Shown: positions 39,287-49,533 of the stretch, one piece after another
Position numbering within the stretch: position 1 is the first letter of the stretch
Layout: the number at the start of each line of letters is the position of its first letter
Position numbers and translations under genes: made by a program
DNA from: an uncultured Thermoplasmatales archaeon
Lineage (GTDB): Archaea > Thermoplasmatota > E2 > DHVEG-1
DNA: 53,439 bases
Direction of reading: 5' to 3'
NCBI GenBank assembly: GCA_964648565.1
Contig: CAZYLG010000004.1
Location: forward strand, 1-53,439
The notes under the pieces: generated by a model
What the model was told of the DNA's origin: nothing
The model's input: the letters and a program-made list of their open reading frames with translations, nothing else
Database searches by the model: none

Positions 39287-40963
39287 TTGAATGTTTGTTT
39301 AATCCCATCAGATAAACTAATGGGGGAGTACATTGTGATTGAAAAAACAATAGGCGATATAGTTGATGAAACAGCAAAAAAATATCCAAAAAATGATGCG
39401 TTAGTATATGTTGACCGTGGACTTCGATTGAGTTATAAAGAGTTCAAAGACAAAGTAGACAAGATTGCAAAATCTTTGATGGCTCTTGGCCTTAAGAGAG
39501 GAGATCATATTGCAGTTTGGGCATATAATGTTCCAGAATGGGTTTATCTTCAGTTTGCCTCAGCGAAAATTGGAGCGGTGCTTGTCACCGTAAATACGTA
39601 TTATAAAGCAAAAGAACTTGAATATTTATTGAAGCAATCTGATACTACAACACTATTTTTGGTCGAATCTTTCAAAGATGTTAATTATGTTGAGATGACT
39701 AGAAAAGTAGTTCCGAATCTTTCGGAGACTGAACCTGGAAACATTGATTTGGAAAATTTACCATTTTTGAAAAATATTGTTTTCATTGGGGGTGATGCTC
39801 CGAAGGGGATGTTTTCATTTTCTGAATTTGAAGATATGCATCAACAAATATCTGATGATCATCTCATTGATAGACAATCTTCACTTGATCCGCAAGATAC
39901 TATCAATATGCAATATACTTCTGGAACAACTGGTTTTCCGAAAGGAGTGGAATTAACGCATCATAATATTGTGAATAATGCGTATTATGTTGGTGAGACT
40001 ATGGGAATGACTGAGAAAGATCGGTTATGTATCCCAGTTCCATTTTTCCATTGTTTTGGTTGTGTTATGTCCACGTTGAATTCTGTTATTCATGGATCTG
40101 CTATGGTGCCAATTGAGCAGTTTGATGCTGGAAAAGTTCTTGAGTCCATTGAACACGAAAAATGTACTGCGTTGCAAGGAGTTCCAACTATGTTTATTGC
40201 TGAACTCCGACATCCTGATTTTGATGAGTTCACATTATCATCATTGAGAACAGGTATTATGGCAGGGTCTTCATGTCCTATTGAAGTGATGAAAGAAGCA
40301 ATGGAAAAAATGTATTTGAAGGAAATTACCATTGCTTATGGATTAACTGAGGCTTCGCCAGTTATTACAATGACTCGTCGGGATGACCCAATTGAGAAAC
40401 GTGTGGAAACCGTGGGTAAGGTTTTGCCTCATATCGATGCGAAAATTATTGATCCTGAGACGGGTGATGAACTTCCACCTGGTGAACCAGGTGAGCTTAT
40501 TGCTCGCGGTTATAATATTATGAAAGGTTATTACAAGATGCCTGACAAAACAAATGAAAGTATCGTTGACGGCTGGCTTCATTCCAAGGATTTAGCTGTG
40601 ATGGATGAAGATGGTTATTTTAGTATACTGGGCCGAACTGATGATATGATCATCCGTGGTGGTGAAAATGTTTATCCTCGTGAGATTGAGGAGTTCTTGT
40701 ATACTCATGAAAAGGTTGAAGATGTGGCTGTTGTTGGAGTTCCAAGTGAAAAATATGGGGAAGAGGTTTGTGCGTTTATAAAGTTGAAAGAGGGCGAGCA
40801 AGCTACTGAAGAAGAGATTAAATCGTTTTGTAATGAAGGTATCTCCAGGTTTAAGATTCCTAAGTATATTTTGTTTGAGGATACGTTTCCGATGACGGCT
40901 AGCGGTAAGATTCGGAAGGTTGATTTAAGGAGTATTGCGAAGGATCAATTGGAGATTGTTTAA
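39287..40963 (+). CDS. AMP-forming acyl-CoA synthetase (ANL superfamily)
   Basis: 'MQYTSGTTGFPKGVELTHHNIVNN', 'YGLTE', 'GDL..MDEDGY', 'GRTDDMIIRGGENVYP' and 'ASGKIRK'. The ATG at 39320 is an alternative to the TTG at 39287. Confidence 0.85.
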   Translation: MNVCLIPSDKLMGEYIVIEKTIGDIVDETAKKYPKNDALVYVDRGLRLSYKEFKDKVDKIAKSLMALGLKRGDHIAVWAYNVPEWVYLQFASAKIGAVLVTVNTYYKAKELEYLLKQSDTTTLFLVESFKDVNYVEMTRKVVPNLSETEPGNIDLENLPFLKNIVFIGGDAPKGMFSFSEFEDMHQQISDDHLIDRQSSLDPQDTINMQYTSGTTGFPKGVELTHHNIVNNAYYVGETMGMTEKDRLCIPVPFFHCFGCVMSTLNSVIHGSAMVPIEQFDAGKVLESIEHEKCTALQGVPTMFIAELRHPDFDEFTLSSLRTGIMAGSSCPIEVMKEAMEKMYLKEITIAYGLTEASPVITMTRRDDPIEKRVETVGKVLPHIDAKIIDPETGDELPPGEPGELIARGYNIMKGYYKMPDKTNESIVDGWLHSKDLAVMDEDGYFSILGRTDDMIIRGGENVYPREIEEFLYTHEKVEDVAVVGVPSEKYGEEVCAFIKLKEGEQATEEEIKSFCNEGISRFKIPKYILFEDTFPMTASGKIRKVDLRSIAKDQLEIV

Positions 40964-41028
40964 TTAGAAACAGTTAAAACAATCTTTTCCCTTCCTTTTG
41001 TTATATTAAATGTGAGGTATGATAAATT

Positions 41029-41241
41029 ATGGCTAAAAAAGAGTTTGAAGATGGAGATATCAAAATCATTGTTGATTATGAAAAGTGTACGGGTGCTGCG
41101 GAATGTGTTACCGTTTGTCCAGTTGATATTTTTGAAGTGAAAGATGGAAAAGCGGTTTGTAACAATGTTTCTGATTGTATTGAGTGTTGTGCCTGTGTAA
41201 CGGCTTGCCCGCATGAAGCAATTGAGCATTCATCTTGCTAA
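41029..41241 (+). CDS. Dicluster ferredoxin, with the first motif lacking its second Cys
   Basis: 'CTGAAECVTVCP' follows Cx2Ax2Cx3CP, where the second Cys is Ala. 'CIECCACVTACP' is the canonical Cx2Cx2Cx3CP. Confidence 0.8.
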   Translation: MAKKEFEDGDIKIIVDYEKCTGAAECVTVCPVDIFEVKDGKAVCNNVSDCIECCACVTACPHEAIEHSSC

Positions 41242-41280
41242 TTTTTATTGTTTTTTTTCTTTTTTTATGATTTTTACTTT
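41242..41280 (+). terminator. Oligo-T-rich archaeal terminator region after the ferredoxin gene
   Basis: T5, T8, T6 and T5 runs fall within 39 nt immediately after the stop codon. Confidence 0.5.
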
Positions 41281-41291
41281 TGGTCGAAACG

Positions 41292-41299
41292 TTTAAATA
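41292..41299 (+). promoter_or_regulatory. Archaeal TATA-box-like element (TTTAAATA) with a BRE-like CGAAAC just upstream
   Basis: This is the only strong TATA-like octamer between the oligo-T terminator region after the ferredoxin gene and the Fur-family gene. It lies about 25-30 nt upstream of box 1 at 41324. Confidence 0.45.
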
Positions 41300-41323
41300 C
41301 ATTACCCTGTATTCACTATTAGA

Positions 41324-41355
41324 TTGTAATGATTACAATTTAATAATCATTCTAA
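41324..41355. promoter_or_regulatory. Two tandem 7-1-7 Fur-family operator boxes
   Basis: Box 1 (41324-41338) is TTGTAATGATTACAA, a perfect inverted repeat. Box 2 (41341-41355) is TAATAATCATTCTAA. Each matches the PerR-type consensus TTATAATNATTATAA at 12 of 14 specified positions by my count. Both lie between the TATA-like element and the SD of the regulator gene. Confidence 0.6.
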
Positions 41356-41371
41356 AATCTAGGTGATGTGA

Positions 41372-41809
41372 TTGGAAAACTATGTAGATCTTCTCAAAGC
41401 AAATGATTTAAAGATCACTCATCACAGACTTGCTATTCTTAAATATCTTGACACCCACAGAAATCATCCAACAGCAGAAGAAATATATCAAAATCTAAAA
41501 AAAACCAATCCTGGGCTATCAAGAACAACCATCTATAACAACCTTGAAACACTCTCAGATTCACATCTCATACAACGATTAACTATCTGTCCAACCGAAC
41601 ATCGCTATGATTTCAACAGTAGTATGCATCATCATTTCATCTGTAAGCAATGTGGAGTCATTATTGATGTTGATTTTCAATGCCCAACCGTAAGTTCCAT
41701 TAAAAAACATGTCACCAACCAAGGACATCGAATCGAAGAAGTACATGGATACTTTAAAGGAATCTGCAAAGATTGTTTAGAAAAAAAACGGGGGCGACAA
41801 TCTGAATAA
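41372..41809 (+). CDS. Fur-family metalloregulator, PerR-like by context
   Basis: Winged helix '[26 protein letters not shown]...TIYNNLETL', His cluster '[11 protein letters not shown]' and a second 'CKDC' (structural Zn Cx2C pairs). The TTG start lies 5 nt after AGGTGA. Confidence 0.85.
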   Translation: MENYVDLLKANDLKITHHRLAILKYLDTHRNHPTAEEIYQNLKKTNPGLSRTTIYNNLETLSDSHLIQRLTICPTEHRYDFNSSMHHHFICKQCGVIIDVDFQCPTVSSIKKHVTNQGHRIEEVHGYFKGICKDCLEKKRGRQSE

Positions 41810-41813
41810 AAAT

Positions 41814-42500
41814 GTGTTACATAAGATTTCATATGGATTATACATCGTTTGTTCAGAATACAATACACAATCAAATGGACAAATTGCTAATTCATTAATG
41901 CAGATTACTGCAGAACCCCCAATAATTGCAGTAAGCATCAATAAAAACAATTTTACCCATGAAATCATTTCACAAAGCGAAAAATTTACCATTTCCATCC
42001 TTGACAAGGAAACACCAATGAGTCTCATTGGTACCTTTGGATTCAAATGTGGAAGATCAATTGACAAAATGGAACATGTAACCTGCATACAAAAGAAAAC
42101 CCTTGCTCCAATTGTCACTGATCACGCCGTTGCATACCTTGAAGTAAGATTAATAAACAAGCAAGATGTTGGCACCCATACAATATTCATTGGGGAGGTT
42201 ACGAATGCTGATTTACTCACTGATAAAGAGCCAATGACCTATGAATATTACCACAATGTCAAGGGTGGATTATCACCAAAAAATGCACCTACATATTTAG
42301 GTGCACAACCAAAAAAAGAACAAAATAAGGAGGAAAAAAGAATGGATAAATATGTATGTACCGTCTGTGGCTATATTTACGACCCTGAACAGGGAGACCC
42401 AGATAATGATGTAAAACCAGGAACCGCATTTGAAGATGTATCTGAAGATTGGGTATGCCCTGTTTGTGGTGCAGGAAAAGAAGCGTTTGAAAAACAATAA
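41814..42500 (+). CDS. hrb: High-molecular-weight rubredoxin (flavin-reductase-like domain fused to rubredoxin)
   Basis: N-terminal '[40 protein letters not shown]' is the flavin reductase-like FMN-binding fold. C-terminal '[47 protein letters not shown]' is a rubredoxin. GTG start. Confidence 0.85.
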   Translation: MLHKISYGLYIVCSEYNTQSNGQIANSLMQITAEPPIIAVSINKNNFTHEIISQSEKFTISILDKETPMSLIGTFGFKCGRSIDKMEHVTCIQKKTLAPIVTDHAVAYLEVRLINKQDVGTHTIFIGEVTNADLLTDKEPMTYEYYHNVKGGLSPKNAPTYLGAQPKKEQNKEEKRMDKYVCTVCGYIYDPEQGDPDNDVKPGTAFEDVSEDWVCPVCGAGKEAFEKQ

Positions 42501-42518
42501 ACACAAAAAAAATCGAGC

Positions 42519-43709
42519 GTGATTATGATGAAGGCAGTTGAAATTAAACCAAATGTGTACTGGGTTGGAGGTATTGATTGGAACTTACGAAATTTCCATG
42601 GATATATCACTCCGAGAGGATCAACCTATAATGCCTATTTGATTCTTGATGAGAAAATCACTCTTATTGACACTGTGAAACATTATATGTATGATGAAAT
42701 GAAAACTCGTATTTCATCTGTAATTGATCCAAAAAATATCGATGTCGTTATTTCAAATCATGTGGAAATGGATCACTCCGGAAGCCTGCCAAAAATAATA
42801 GATATAATACCCAATGCAACACTTGTTACCTCAACCCGTGGAAAACGAGGCCTTAAACAACACTACAACAAAAATTGGAATTTTAAGGTTGTTGATGCCG
42901 GAGATAGCTTTTCCATTGGGAAACGGACACTAGACTTCATTCCAATTCCCATGGTGCATTGGCCGGATTCAATGGTAACCTATAGTGAACATGATAAGAT
43001 TCTATTCCCAAATGATGCTTTTGGTCAACACATAGCAACAACCGAGCGATTTGATTCTCAATTGGATTGGGGAATTCTTCGAGAAGAAGCAGCTAAATAT
43101 TATGCAAACATCGTGCTTCCATATGGTAGTCAAGTACAAAAAGCATTAACTGGCGTATCAAACCTTGATTTTGATACTATTGCTCCCAGTCATGGGATCA
43201 TTTGGCGTCATCATCTGAAGGACATTATCTCATTATACGATCAGTGGTCCAAAAATGAAACAAAACCCTATGCAGTGATTGCTTATGATACTATGTGGGG
43301 ATCAACAAAAAAATTAGCATATGCATTTGCTTCAGGACTTGAAGAAGGAGGTATGAATGTGAGAATTCGAAATATCCAAAACACTCCTTTTTCAGATGTT
43401 ATCACAGATATATTAGAAGCTAGAGTTATCGGTATAGGTTCATCAACACTTAACAATAATATGCTTCCAAGCGTTGGAGGATTTCTTACCTATTTGAAAG
43501 GGCTCAGGCCAAAAGAGAGAGTGGGTTTTGTGTTTGGCTCTTATGGATGGGGCGGTCAAGCTGTGAAACTAATTGAAAATATGCTTGATGGGCTATCCTG
43601 GGAATTTCCAGAAGAGAGTATGAACATAAATTTTGTCCCAAGTGAAAAAGATTTAGAAAAAGTTAAAAATAAAGGAATAAATATAGCAAAAAATATCAAA
43701 AATAAATAA
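42519..43709 (+). CDS. fprA: Flavodiiron protein (FprA; O2/NO reductase)
   Basis: MBL-like diiron motif '[11 protein letters not shown]' and a C-terminal flavodoxin domain '[16 protein letters not shown]'. Confidence 0.9.
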   Translation: MIMMKAVEIKPNVYWVGGIDWNLRNFHGYITPRGSTYNAYLILDEKITLIDTVKHYMYDEMKTRISSVIDPKNIDVVISNHVEMDHSGSLPKIIDIIPNATLVTSTRGKRGLKQHYNKNWNFKVVDAGDSFSIGKRTLDFIPIPMVHWPDSMVTYSEHDKILFPNDAFGQHIATTERFDSQLDWGILREEAAKYYANIVLPYGSQVQKALTGVSNLDFDTIAPSHGIIWRHHLKDIISLYDQWSKNETKPYAVIAYDTMWGSTKKLAYAFASGLEEGGMNVRIRNIQNTPFSDVITDILEARVIGIGSSTLNNNMLPSVGGFLTYLKGLRPKERVGFVFGSYGWGGQAVKLIENMLDGLSWEFPEESMNINFVPSEKDLEKVKNKGINIAKNIKNK

Positions 43710-43732
43710 AAAATTTAATGGAGGAAAAATAT

Positions 43733-44377
43733 ATGGAAGACGAACAAAAAATGCCCCTTATTGGGGATAAGTTTCCAAAGTTAGAAGTACAAACCACCGA
43801 AGGAAAAATGAAATTACCTGACGCATTCAAAGGAAAATGGTTCATTTTATTCAGCCATCCAGCTGATTTCACACCTGTATGTACTACTGAATTTTACGCA
43901 TTTCAAAAACGGTATCCGGCATTCAAAAAACTAAACACCGAACTCATTGGACTCAGTGTCGATCAAGTGTTTAGTCATATTAAATGGGAAGAATGGATCA
44001 AAGACAATCTTGGTCTTCAAATAGAATTTCCAATCATTGCTGATACTGGTGGCGTTGCTAATAAACTTGGTCTTATTCATCCAAATAAAGGTACAAACAC
44101 CGTTAGAGCTGTCTTTATTATGGATCCAAAAGGAATCATTAGAGCCATTTTGTATTATCCTCAAGAGCTTGGAAGAAATATGGATGAATTTTTACGAATG
44201 ATCAAAGGATTCCAAAAATCAGAAAAAGAAGGTGTTGCAATCCCAGCAAACTGGCCAAACAATGAACTCATCAAAGATGAAGTAATAATTCCACCTGCAT
44301 CAGATACAAAATCAGCAGCACAAAGAAAGAAAGAATACGATTGCTATGATTGGTGGTTCTGCCATAAAAAAGCATAA
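43733..44377 (+). CDS. Peroxiredoxin (Prx6/archaeal 1-Cys/2-Cys type)
   Basis: '[15 protein letters not shown]' holds the peroxidatic Cys. The ORF opens at 43718, but GGAGG (43720-43724) sits 8 nt before the ATG at 43733. Confidence 0.9.
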   Translation: MEDEQKMPLIGDKFPKLEVQTTEGKMKLPDAFKGKWFILFSHPADFTPVCTTEFYAFQKRYPAFKKLNTELIGLSVDQVFSHIKWEEWIKDNLGLQIEFPIIADTGGVANKLGLIHPNKGTNTVRAVFIMDPKGIIRAILYYPQELGRNMDEFLRMIKGFQKSEKEGVAIPANWPNNELIKDEVIIPPASDTKSAAQRKKEYDCYDWWFCHKKA

Positions 44378-44421
44378 TTACCATTCAATGAAAAACGTAA
44401 GAGAAGAGGTGAATTAAAAAG

Positions 44422-44934
44422 ATGATAAGTAAAAAAATGAAACAAGCATTAAATGATCAAATAAACAAAGAAATGTACTCGGCCTATCTTTACTTAGCTA
44501 TGTCTGCAGATACAACCAATAAAGGTTTAGATGGATTTGCAAACTGGTTTATGGTTCAGTACCAAGAAGAAATGGAACATGCAACCCGTATTTACAATTA
44601 TATAAATGATCAAGGTGGAAAAGTAGAATTACAAGCAATTGAACAACCACCAACCACGTTCAAAGACCCACTAACCATGTTTAAACAAACACTAGAACAT
44701 GAACAGTTCATCACCAAATCGATCAATGATCTTGTGGATTTAGCAAAAAAAGAAAATGATCACGCAACAGAGATCTTCTTACAATGGTTTGTCACCGAAC
44801 AAATCGAAGAAGAAGCAAATGACAACGAAATCATAGATAAACTAGAAATGGTGGGAAACAAAGGAAACGGTCTTTATATGATTGACAGAGAACTTGGACA
44901 ACGATCTTTTGTTTCAGAACTTAATGAGGAATAA
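44422..44934 (+). CDS. ftn: Ferritin (non-haem)
   Basis: 'LNDQINKEMYSAYLYLAMS', 'QEEMEHA' and 'EHEQFIT' are the ferroxidase-centre pattern. GAGGTGA lies upstream. Confidence 0.9.
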   Translation: MISKKMKQALNDQINKEMYSAYLYLAMSADTTNKGLDGFANWFMVQYQEEMEHATRIYNYINDQGGKVELQAIEQPPTTFKDPLTMFKQTLEHEQFITKSINDLVDLAKKENDHATEIFLQWFVTEQIEEEANDNEIIDKLEMVGNKGNGLYMIDRELGQRSFVSELNEE

Positions 44935-44939
44935 AAAAA

Positions 44940-45356
44940 GTGTTAGGCGAGAATATGATTGGAAAATTAAGTGATGAACATCTGGAATCAATATTAGAGA
45001 CTCTCCCTATTGAATTCTCAGTTCTAGACAAGGATGACAAAGTCCTTGCCTGGAATAAACATAACACTCGAATCTTTAAACGACCAGAAGCAGCGTTAGG
45101 GCGAGACGTGCGCAATTGTCATCCAAAGAAAAGTTTGTCAAAAGTCGAAGAAATCCTGAAGGAAATGAAAGAAGGATCACGAGACAACGCACGATTTTGG
45201 ATCAATTTAACCTTGGATGATGATAAAAAACACAAAGTAATGATTGAATACTATGCACTCAAAGATCAAGACGGGGAATATATAGGATGTCTCGAAGCAA
45301 GCCAAGATATCACTGAAATCCAATCATTACAGGGAGAAAAACGATTATTGGATTAA
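44940..45356 (+). CDS. PAS_10-type PAS domain protein (the kind normally attached to DUF438/hemerythrin proteins)
   Basis: 'LPIEFSVLDKDDKVLAWNKHNTRIFKRPEAALGRDVRNCHPKKSL...FWINL...IEYYALKDQDGEYIGCLEASQDITEIQSL' matches the PAS_10 signature. The ATG at 44955 is an alternative to the GTG at 44940. Confidence 0.65.
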   Translation: MLGENMIGKLSDEHLESILETLPIEFSVLDKDDKVLAWNKHNTRIFKRPEAALGRDVRNCHPKKSLSKVEEILKEMKEGSRDNARFWINLTLDDDKKHKVMIEYYALKDQDGEYIGCLEASQDITEIQSLQGEKRLLD

Positions 45357-45373
45357 AAAAGGAGGAAGAACAA

Positions 45374-45868
45374 ATGGATTTAACATCATATGATCTAGAA
45401 GATCTTCTTCTTGCAGCTATTAAAAGCGAGCAAGAAAGCAACCAGATCTATACCAAGCTAGCAAATCATGTAAAAAACGGACTGATGAAAGATAAATTTG
45501 ATTTCTTAGCTAAAGAAGAACAAAAACACAAACAATACATCTCCGATCTCTACAAATCTGAATACTCTGATAAAACACTTCAATTACCAAAACAAACACC
45601 TGTCCCACTCCCAGAAGTCACCATTCCAGAAGATGAAGATATACCCGTTAGCAAAGTCCTTTCCCAAGCAATGCAAGCTGAACAAGCAGCTCATGATTTC
45701 TATTTAGCTTTATCAGAACGCTATGAAGATACCACCGTGAAAAATATGCTTCATTATTTTGCAGATATGGAAACTGGTCATTACAACATTCTCAAACAGG
45801 AAAAAGAAAGTATGGAATGGTTCGAACAATCAGATGTTTACTGGCCTATGATTCATGCAGGCCCATAA
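45374..45868 (+). CDS. Ferritin-like diiron protein (rubrerythrin-family domain without rubredoxin)
   Basis: Two E...ExxH pairs: 'KSEQES...KEEQKHKQY' and 'AEQAAHDFY...DMETGHYNI'. AGGAGG lies 8 nt upstream of the ATG. Confidence 0.7.
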   Translation: MDLTSYDLEDLLLAAIKSEQESNQIYTKLANHVKNGLMKDKFDFLAKEEQKHKQYISDLYKSEYSDKTLQLPKQTPVPLPEVTIPEDEDIPVSKVLSQAMQAEQAAHDFYLALSERYEDTTVKNMLHYFADMETGHYNILKQEKESMEWFEQSDVYWPMIHAGP

Positions 45869-45898
45869 CTAAAATGAGCACCAAGGTGAAAAGTAAAA

Positions 45899-46474
45899 AT
45901 GGTAAAATTAAAAGGATCAAAAACAGAACAAAACTTATTAAAAGCATTTGCAGGAGAGTCACAAGCCCGAAATAGATATACCTATTTTGCAAAGCAAGCT
46001 AAAAAAGAAGGCTACGAACAAATCGCAGCCATTTTTGAAGAAACCGCTGAAAACGAAAAAGAACATGCGAAAGTCTTCTTCAAGCATTTAGAAGGCGGCA
46101 TGGTAGAAATTACCGCAGATTATCCTGCAGGTGTAATTGGAACCACCGAAGAAAACTTACTTGAAGCAGCTGACGGAGAAAAAATGGAATGGGGAACCTT
46201 ATATCCTGATTTTGGAAAGATTGCTGAAGAAGAAGGATTCCCTGAGATTGCTCATAGTTTTCGAAATATAGCGAAAGTGGAAGCAGCACATGAAAAACGA
46301 TATAGAACACTTCTAGAAAACGTGAAAGAGAATAAGGTGTTCAAACGTAATAAACCAATGAAATGGAAATGTCGAAACTGTGGTTTTATTTATGAAGGTG
46401 AAGAACCACCACAAACATGCCCAGCCTGCCAACATCCACAAAGCTATTACGAAATCTTAGCTGAAAACTATTAA
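45899..46474 (+). CDS. rbr: Rubrerythrin
   Basis: 'KGSKTEQNLLKAFAGESQARNRYTYFAKQAKKEGYEQIA', 'NEKEHAK' and the C-terminal 'WKCRNCGFIYEGEEPPQTCPACQHP'. Confidence 0.95.
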   Translation: MVKLKGSKTEQNLLKAFAGESQARNRYTYFAKQAKKEGYEQIAAIFEETAENEKEHAKVFFKHLEGGMVEITADYPAGVIGTTEENLLEAADGEKMEWGTLYPDFGKIAEEEGFPEIAHSFRNIAKVEAAHEKRYRTLLENVKENKVFKRNKPMKWKCRNCGFIYEGEEPPQTCPACQHPQSYYEILAENY

Positions 46475-46494
46475 AAAAAGTGTGAGGTAAAAAA

Positions 46495-46878
46495 ATGACG
46501 GAAGTTAGAGAAATTTACAAATGTAATAAATGTGGAAATATAGTAGAAGTTCTTCATGCTGGGCCAGGTGAACTTGTTTGTTGCGGTGAACCAATGCAGA
46601 AACAGGAACCAAAAACAGAGGATGCTTCAACTGAAAAACATGTACCATATATTGAAAGAACAGAAGAAGGTATCCTTGTAAAAGTTGGTCAAAAACAAGA
46701 TCATCCAATGGAAGAAAAACACTTTATCGAATGGATCCAACTAATCGCTGATGGAAAAAGTTACCGACAACACTTAAAACCAGGAGATAAACCACAAGCA
46801 TTGTTTACCATTTCAGCAGACCAGGTCGAAGCACGCGAGTATTGCAATGTACATGGGTTATGGAAAAATAATGAATAA
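46495..46878 (+). CDS. dfx: Desulfoferrodoxin (2Fe superoxide reductase)
   Basis: The desulforedoxin-like N-terminus '[27 protein letters not shown]' precedes an SOR domain with 'EKHVPYIE', '[12 protein letters not shown]' and 'CNVHGLW'. Confidence 0.9.
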   Translation: MTEVREIYKCNKCGNIVEVLHAGPGELVCCGEPMQKQEPKTEDASTEKHVPYIERTEEGILVKVGQKQDHPMEEKHFIEWIQLIADGKSYRQHLKPGDKPQALFTISADQVEAREYCNVHGLWKNNE

Positions 46879-46896
46879 ACACCCTCCTTTCTTCTC

Positions 46897-46903
46897 TTTT
46901 TTT
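46897..46903 (+). terminator. T7 tract between dfx and the OFOR genes (possible internal terminator/attenuator)
   Basis: This is the only oligo-T run of 7 or more that I saw at a gene junction inside the 41372-52629 array. It directly abuts the AGGAGG of the next gene. Confidence 0.3.
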
Positions 46904-46920
46904 AGGAGGCATACTGAATT

Positions 46921-48648
46921 ATGAGATCTGAACAACAGGATATTTCAATTGTTATCGCAGGTGAAGCAGGACAAGGTATTCAATCTGTTGAACAACTCTT
47001 TGTTACCTTGTTGCACCATTCAAATTATTATGTGTTTTCCACAAAAGAATACATGTCTAGAGTGCGAGGTGGCAGCAATTCCACTGAAATCAGAGCCTCT
47101 CTTCTCCCAATCACTTCATTTGTTGATCGTATTGATATCTTGGTTGTTTTAGATGAGAAAGCATTTGATCATGTATCACATCGGGTGACCGATGACACTA
47201 TTATCATTGGGGACGATACAATAGTTTCATCTATTTCTCATCCGCATGTGTTCTCATTTGATTTTATAAATAATGCAAAACAGATCGGTAACCTGGTTTA
47301 TGTAAACACCATTGCTGTTGGCCTTCTTTCTTCTCTTTTTCATATACCTAAAAAAGAATTAAAGAAACATATCGCATCTTTATTTTCTGGTAAATCCGAA
47401 AAAATCATTGACGATAACATAATAGCTATGAACAAAGGCATTTCTTTTGCTCAAACACTTATTTCTTCAATTCAAATCCCTGAAAAAATCAATAATGATT
47501 CGAATGAAACAAGATCATTACTGTTATTAAATGGGACTCAGGCGATTGGCCTTGGTGCTCTTGCGGCAGGAGTGAACTTTGTTTCATCCTATCCGATGTC
47601 TCCATCAACTGGAGTTTTGACTTTTTTAGCATCCAATGGCAAAAAAGCTAATGTTTTTGTTGAACAAGCAGAAGATGAAATCGCTGCGATTAATATGGCT
47701 GTTGGTGCATGGTATGCAGGGGCAAGAGCATTAGTTACCACCTCTGGTGGCGGCTTTGCATTAATGAGTGAAGGACTAAGTTTAGCTGCGATGTCTGAAA
47801 CACCGATTGTCATTCATATTGCACAGCGTCCTGGTCCAGCAACTGGACTTCCCACCCGAACAGAACAAGGAGATTTACAATTAGCGATTCATTCCGGCCA
47901 TGGAGAATTCCCTCGAATTATTTATGCACCGGGATCATTACAAGAAGGATTTTTATTGACTAAAAAGGCTTTTGATCTAGCTGATAGATATCAAATCCCT
48001 GTCATTATACTAAGTGACCAATATTTTGTTGATTCTAAATATCAAACATCATCTTTTTTAGAATTAGATAAACAACCTAATCATCAGATTGTTAAATCCA
48101 CTGAATCCTATGATCGATATGCAAAGGGTATCCAGGGTGTTTCTCCGAGGGGAATACCTGGGCATGGCTCAGGTTATGTTTGCGTTGATAGCGATGAACA
48201 TGATGAATCTGGTCGTATTACCGAAAAGATTGATGTCAGAAAACAAATGGTGGAAAAACGGTTGGGGAAAATGCAACAGATTCGAAAACATAGTATTCTT
48301 CCAACATTGTATGGTTCTGTGAATTATGATACATTACTCATAGGGTGGGGTTCAACGGTTCATATTATCGAAGAAGCACGAAAGAAGATGAATAAAGATA
48401 TGATTTCGTTTCTTCATTTCCCACAGGTCTATCCATTGCACCCAAAAACAAAAACCTATCTAAAGAAAGCCAATAGGATCATAACCGTTGAGAATAATGC
48501 TACAGCTCAATTTGACCAAGTGCTTTTAGAAGAAACCGGATTTTCAGCAGATGCCCACATTTTACAATACACCGGTCATCCATTCTCCGTTGAAACACTG
48601 CTTCAAAAAATTCCTGAAACAGTACAAGCATTGGAGGAAAGAAAATGA
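46921..48648 (+). CDS. 2-oxoacid:ferredoxin oxidoreductase, fused gamma-alpha subunit
   Basis: The N-terminal gamma-like '[15 protein letters not shown]' precedes an alpha domain with '[27 protein letters not shown]' and '[18 protein letters not shown]'. Confidence 0.85.
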   Translation: MRSEQQDISIVIAGEAGQGIQSVEQLFVTLLHHSNYYVFSTKEYMSRVRGGSNSTEIRASLLPITSFVDRIDILVVLDEKAFDHVSHRVTDDTIIIGDDTIVSSISHPHVFSFDFINNAKQIGNLVYVNTIAVGLLSSLFHIPKKELKKHIASLFSGKSEKIIDDNIIAMNKGISFAQTLISSIQIPEKINNDSNETRSLLLLNGTQAIGLGALAAGVNFVSSYPMSPSTGVLTFLASNGKKANVFVEQAEDEIAAINMAVGAWYAGARALVTTSGGGFALMSEGLSLAAMSETPIVIHIAQRPGPATGLPTRTEQGDLQLAIHSGHGEFPRIIYAPGSLQEGFLLTKKAFDLADRYQIPVIILSDQYFVDSKYQTSSFLELDKQPNHQIVKSTESYDRYAKGIQGVSPRGIPGHGSGYVCVDSDEHDESGRITEKIDVRKQMVEKRLGKMQQIRKHSILPTLYGSVNYDTLLIGWGSTVHIIEEARKKMNKDMISFLHFPQVYPLHPKTKTYLKKANRIITVENNATAQFDQVLLEETGFSADAHILQYTGHPFSVETLLQKIPETVQALEERK

Positions 48649-49502
48649 ATACTTCGTTTGATGTTTCCGAGGATATTGATATTGCATGGTGCCCAGGTTG
48701 TGGAAACTTTAGCATTCTTTCAACACTTAAACAAACACTTACTGATTTAAAGATAGATCCACACAATGTAGTTGTCGTCTCAGGAATTGGTCAAGCAGCA
48801 AAAATCCCTCAATATTTCAAAACCAATTATTTTAATGGATTACATGGTCGAGCACTTCCTCCAGCAACGGCGATAAAAGCAGTTAATCCGTCCTTAACTG
48901 TGATTGCTGAAAGTGGTGATGGAGATATGTATGGGGAAGGTGGAAATCATTTCATTCATACCATTCGAAGAAATCCAGATATCACAAACATCGTGCATAA
49001 TAACATGGTCTATGGGTTAACGAAAGGACAAGCTTCACCTACAAGTCAACGAGGCTTTAAAACATCTGTGCAAACCGAGGGCGTCATTCTTGAACCATTT
49101 AATCCAATTGCTGTTGCGCTTTCACTTGACGCATCATTTGTGGCTAGGGCTTATGCAGGAGATCAAAAAGAAACAAAAAACATTCTTTCAAAAGCAATTC
49201 AACATAACGGATACGCATTGGTTGATATCTTACAACCATGTGTCTCGTTTAACAAGGTAAACACATATGAATGGTATAAAAATCATACAGAATATATCAA
49301 AAACCATGATGACTCAAATAAAGAACAAGCTTTTCACTTATCGTTGCAAACAGATCCTTTGTTACTGGGTATATTTTATCAAAACAAGGAAAAACAATCT
49401 TTTGAATCCTTGCATGCCCTTTATCAGGGGGATAAAACACCGCTCATTAACAGATCAAATAATCCTCAAATTATCAAAGAAATCATGGAATCATATCGTT
49501 AA
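48645..49502 (+). CDS. 2-oxoacid:ferredoxin oxidoreductase, beta (TPP/FeS) subunit
   Basis: '[12 protein letters not shown]', TPP motif '[15 protein letters not shown]' and 'LQPCVSFN'. It overlaps the alpha gene by 4 nt. No delta (2x[4Fe-4S]) subunit gene is adjacent. Confidence 0.9.
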   Translation: MNTSFDVSEDIDIAWCPGCGNFSILSTLKQTLTDLKIDPHNVVVVSGIGQAAKIPQYFKTNYFNGLHGRALPPATAIKAVNPSLTVIAESGDGDMYGEGGNHFIHTIRRNPDITNIVHNNMVYGLTKGQASPTSQRGFKTSVQTEGVILEPFNPIAVALSLDASFVARAYAGDQKETKNILSKAIQHNGYALVDILQPCVSFNKVNTYEWYKNHTEYIKNHDDSNKEQAFHLSLQTDPLLLGIFYQNKEKQSFESLHALYQGDKTPLINRSNNPQIIKEIMESYR

Positions 49503-49533
49503 AAACAATAACATGTAGGAGAGCTAAAAACAT

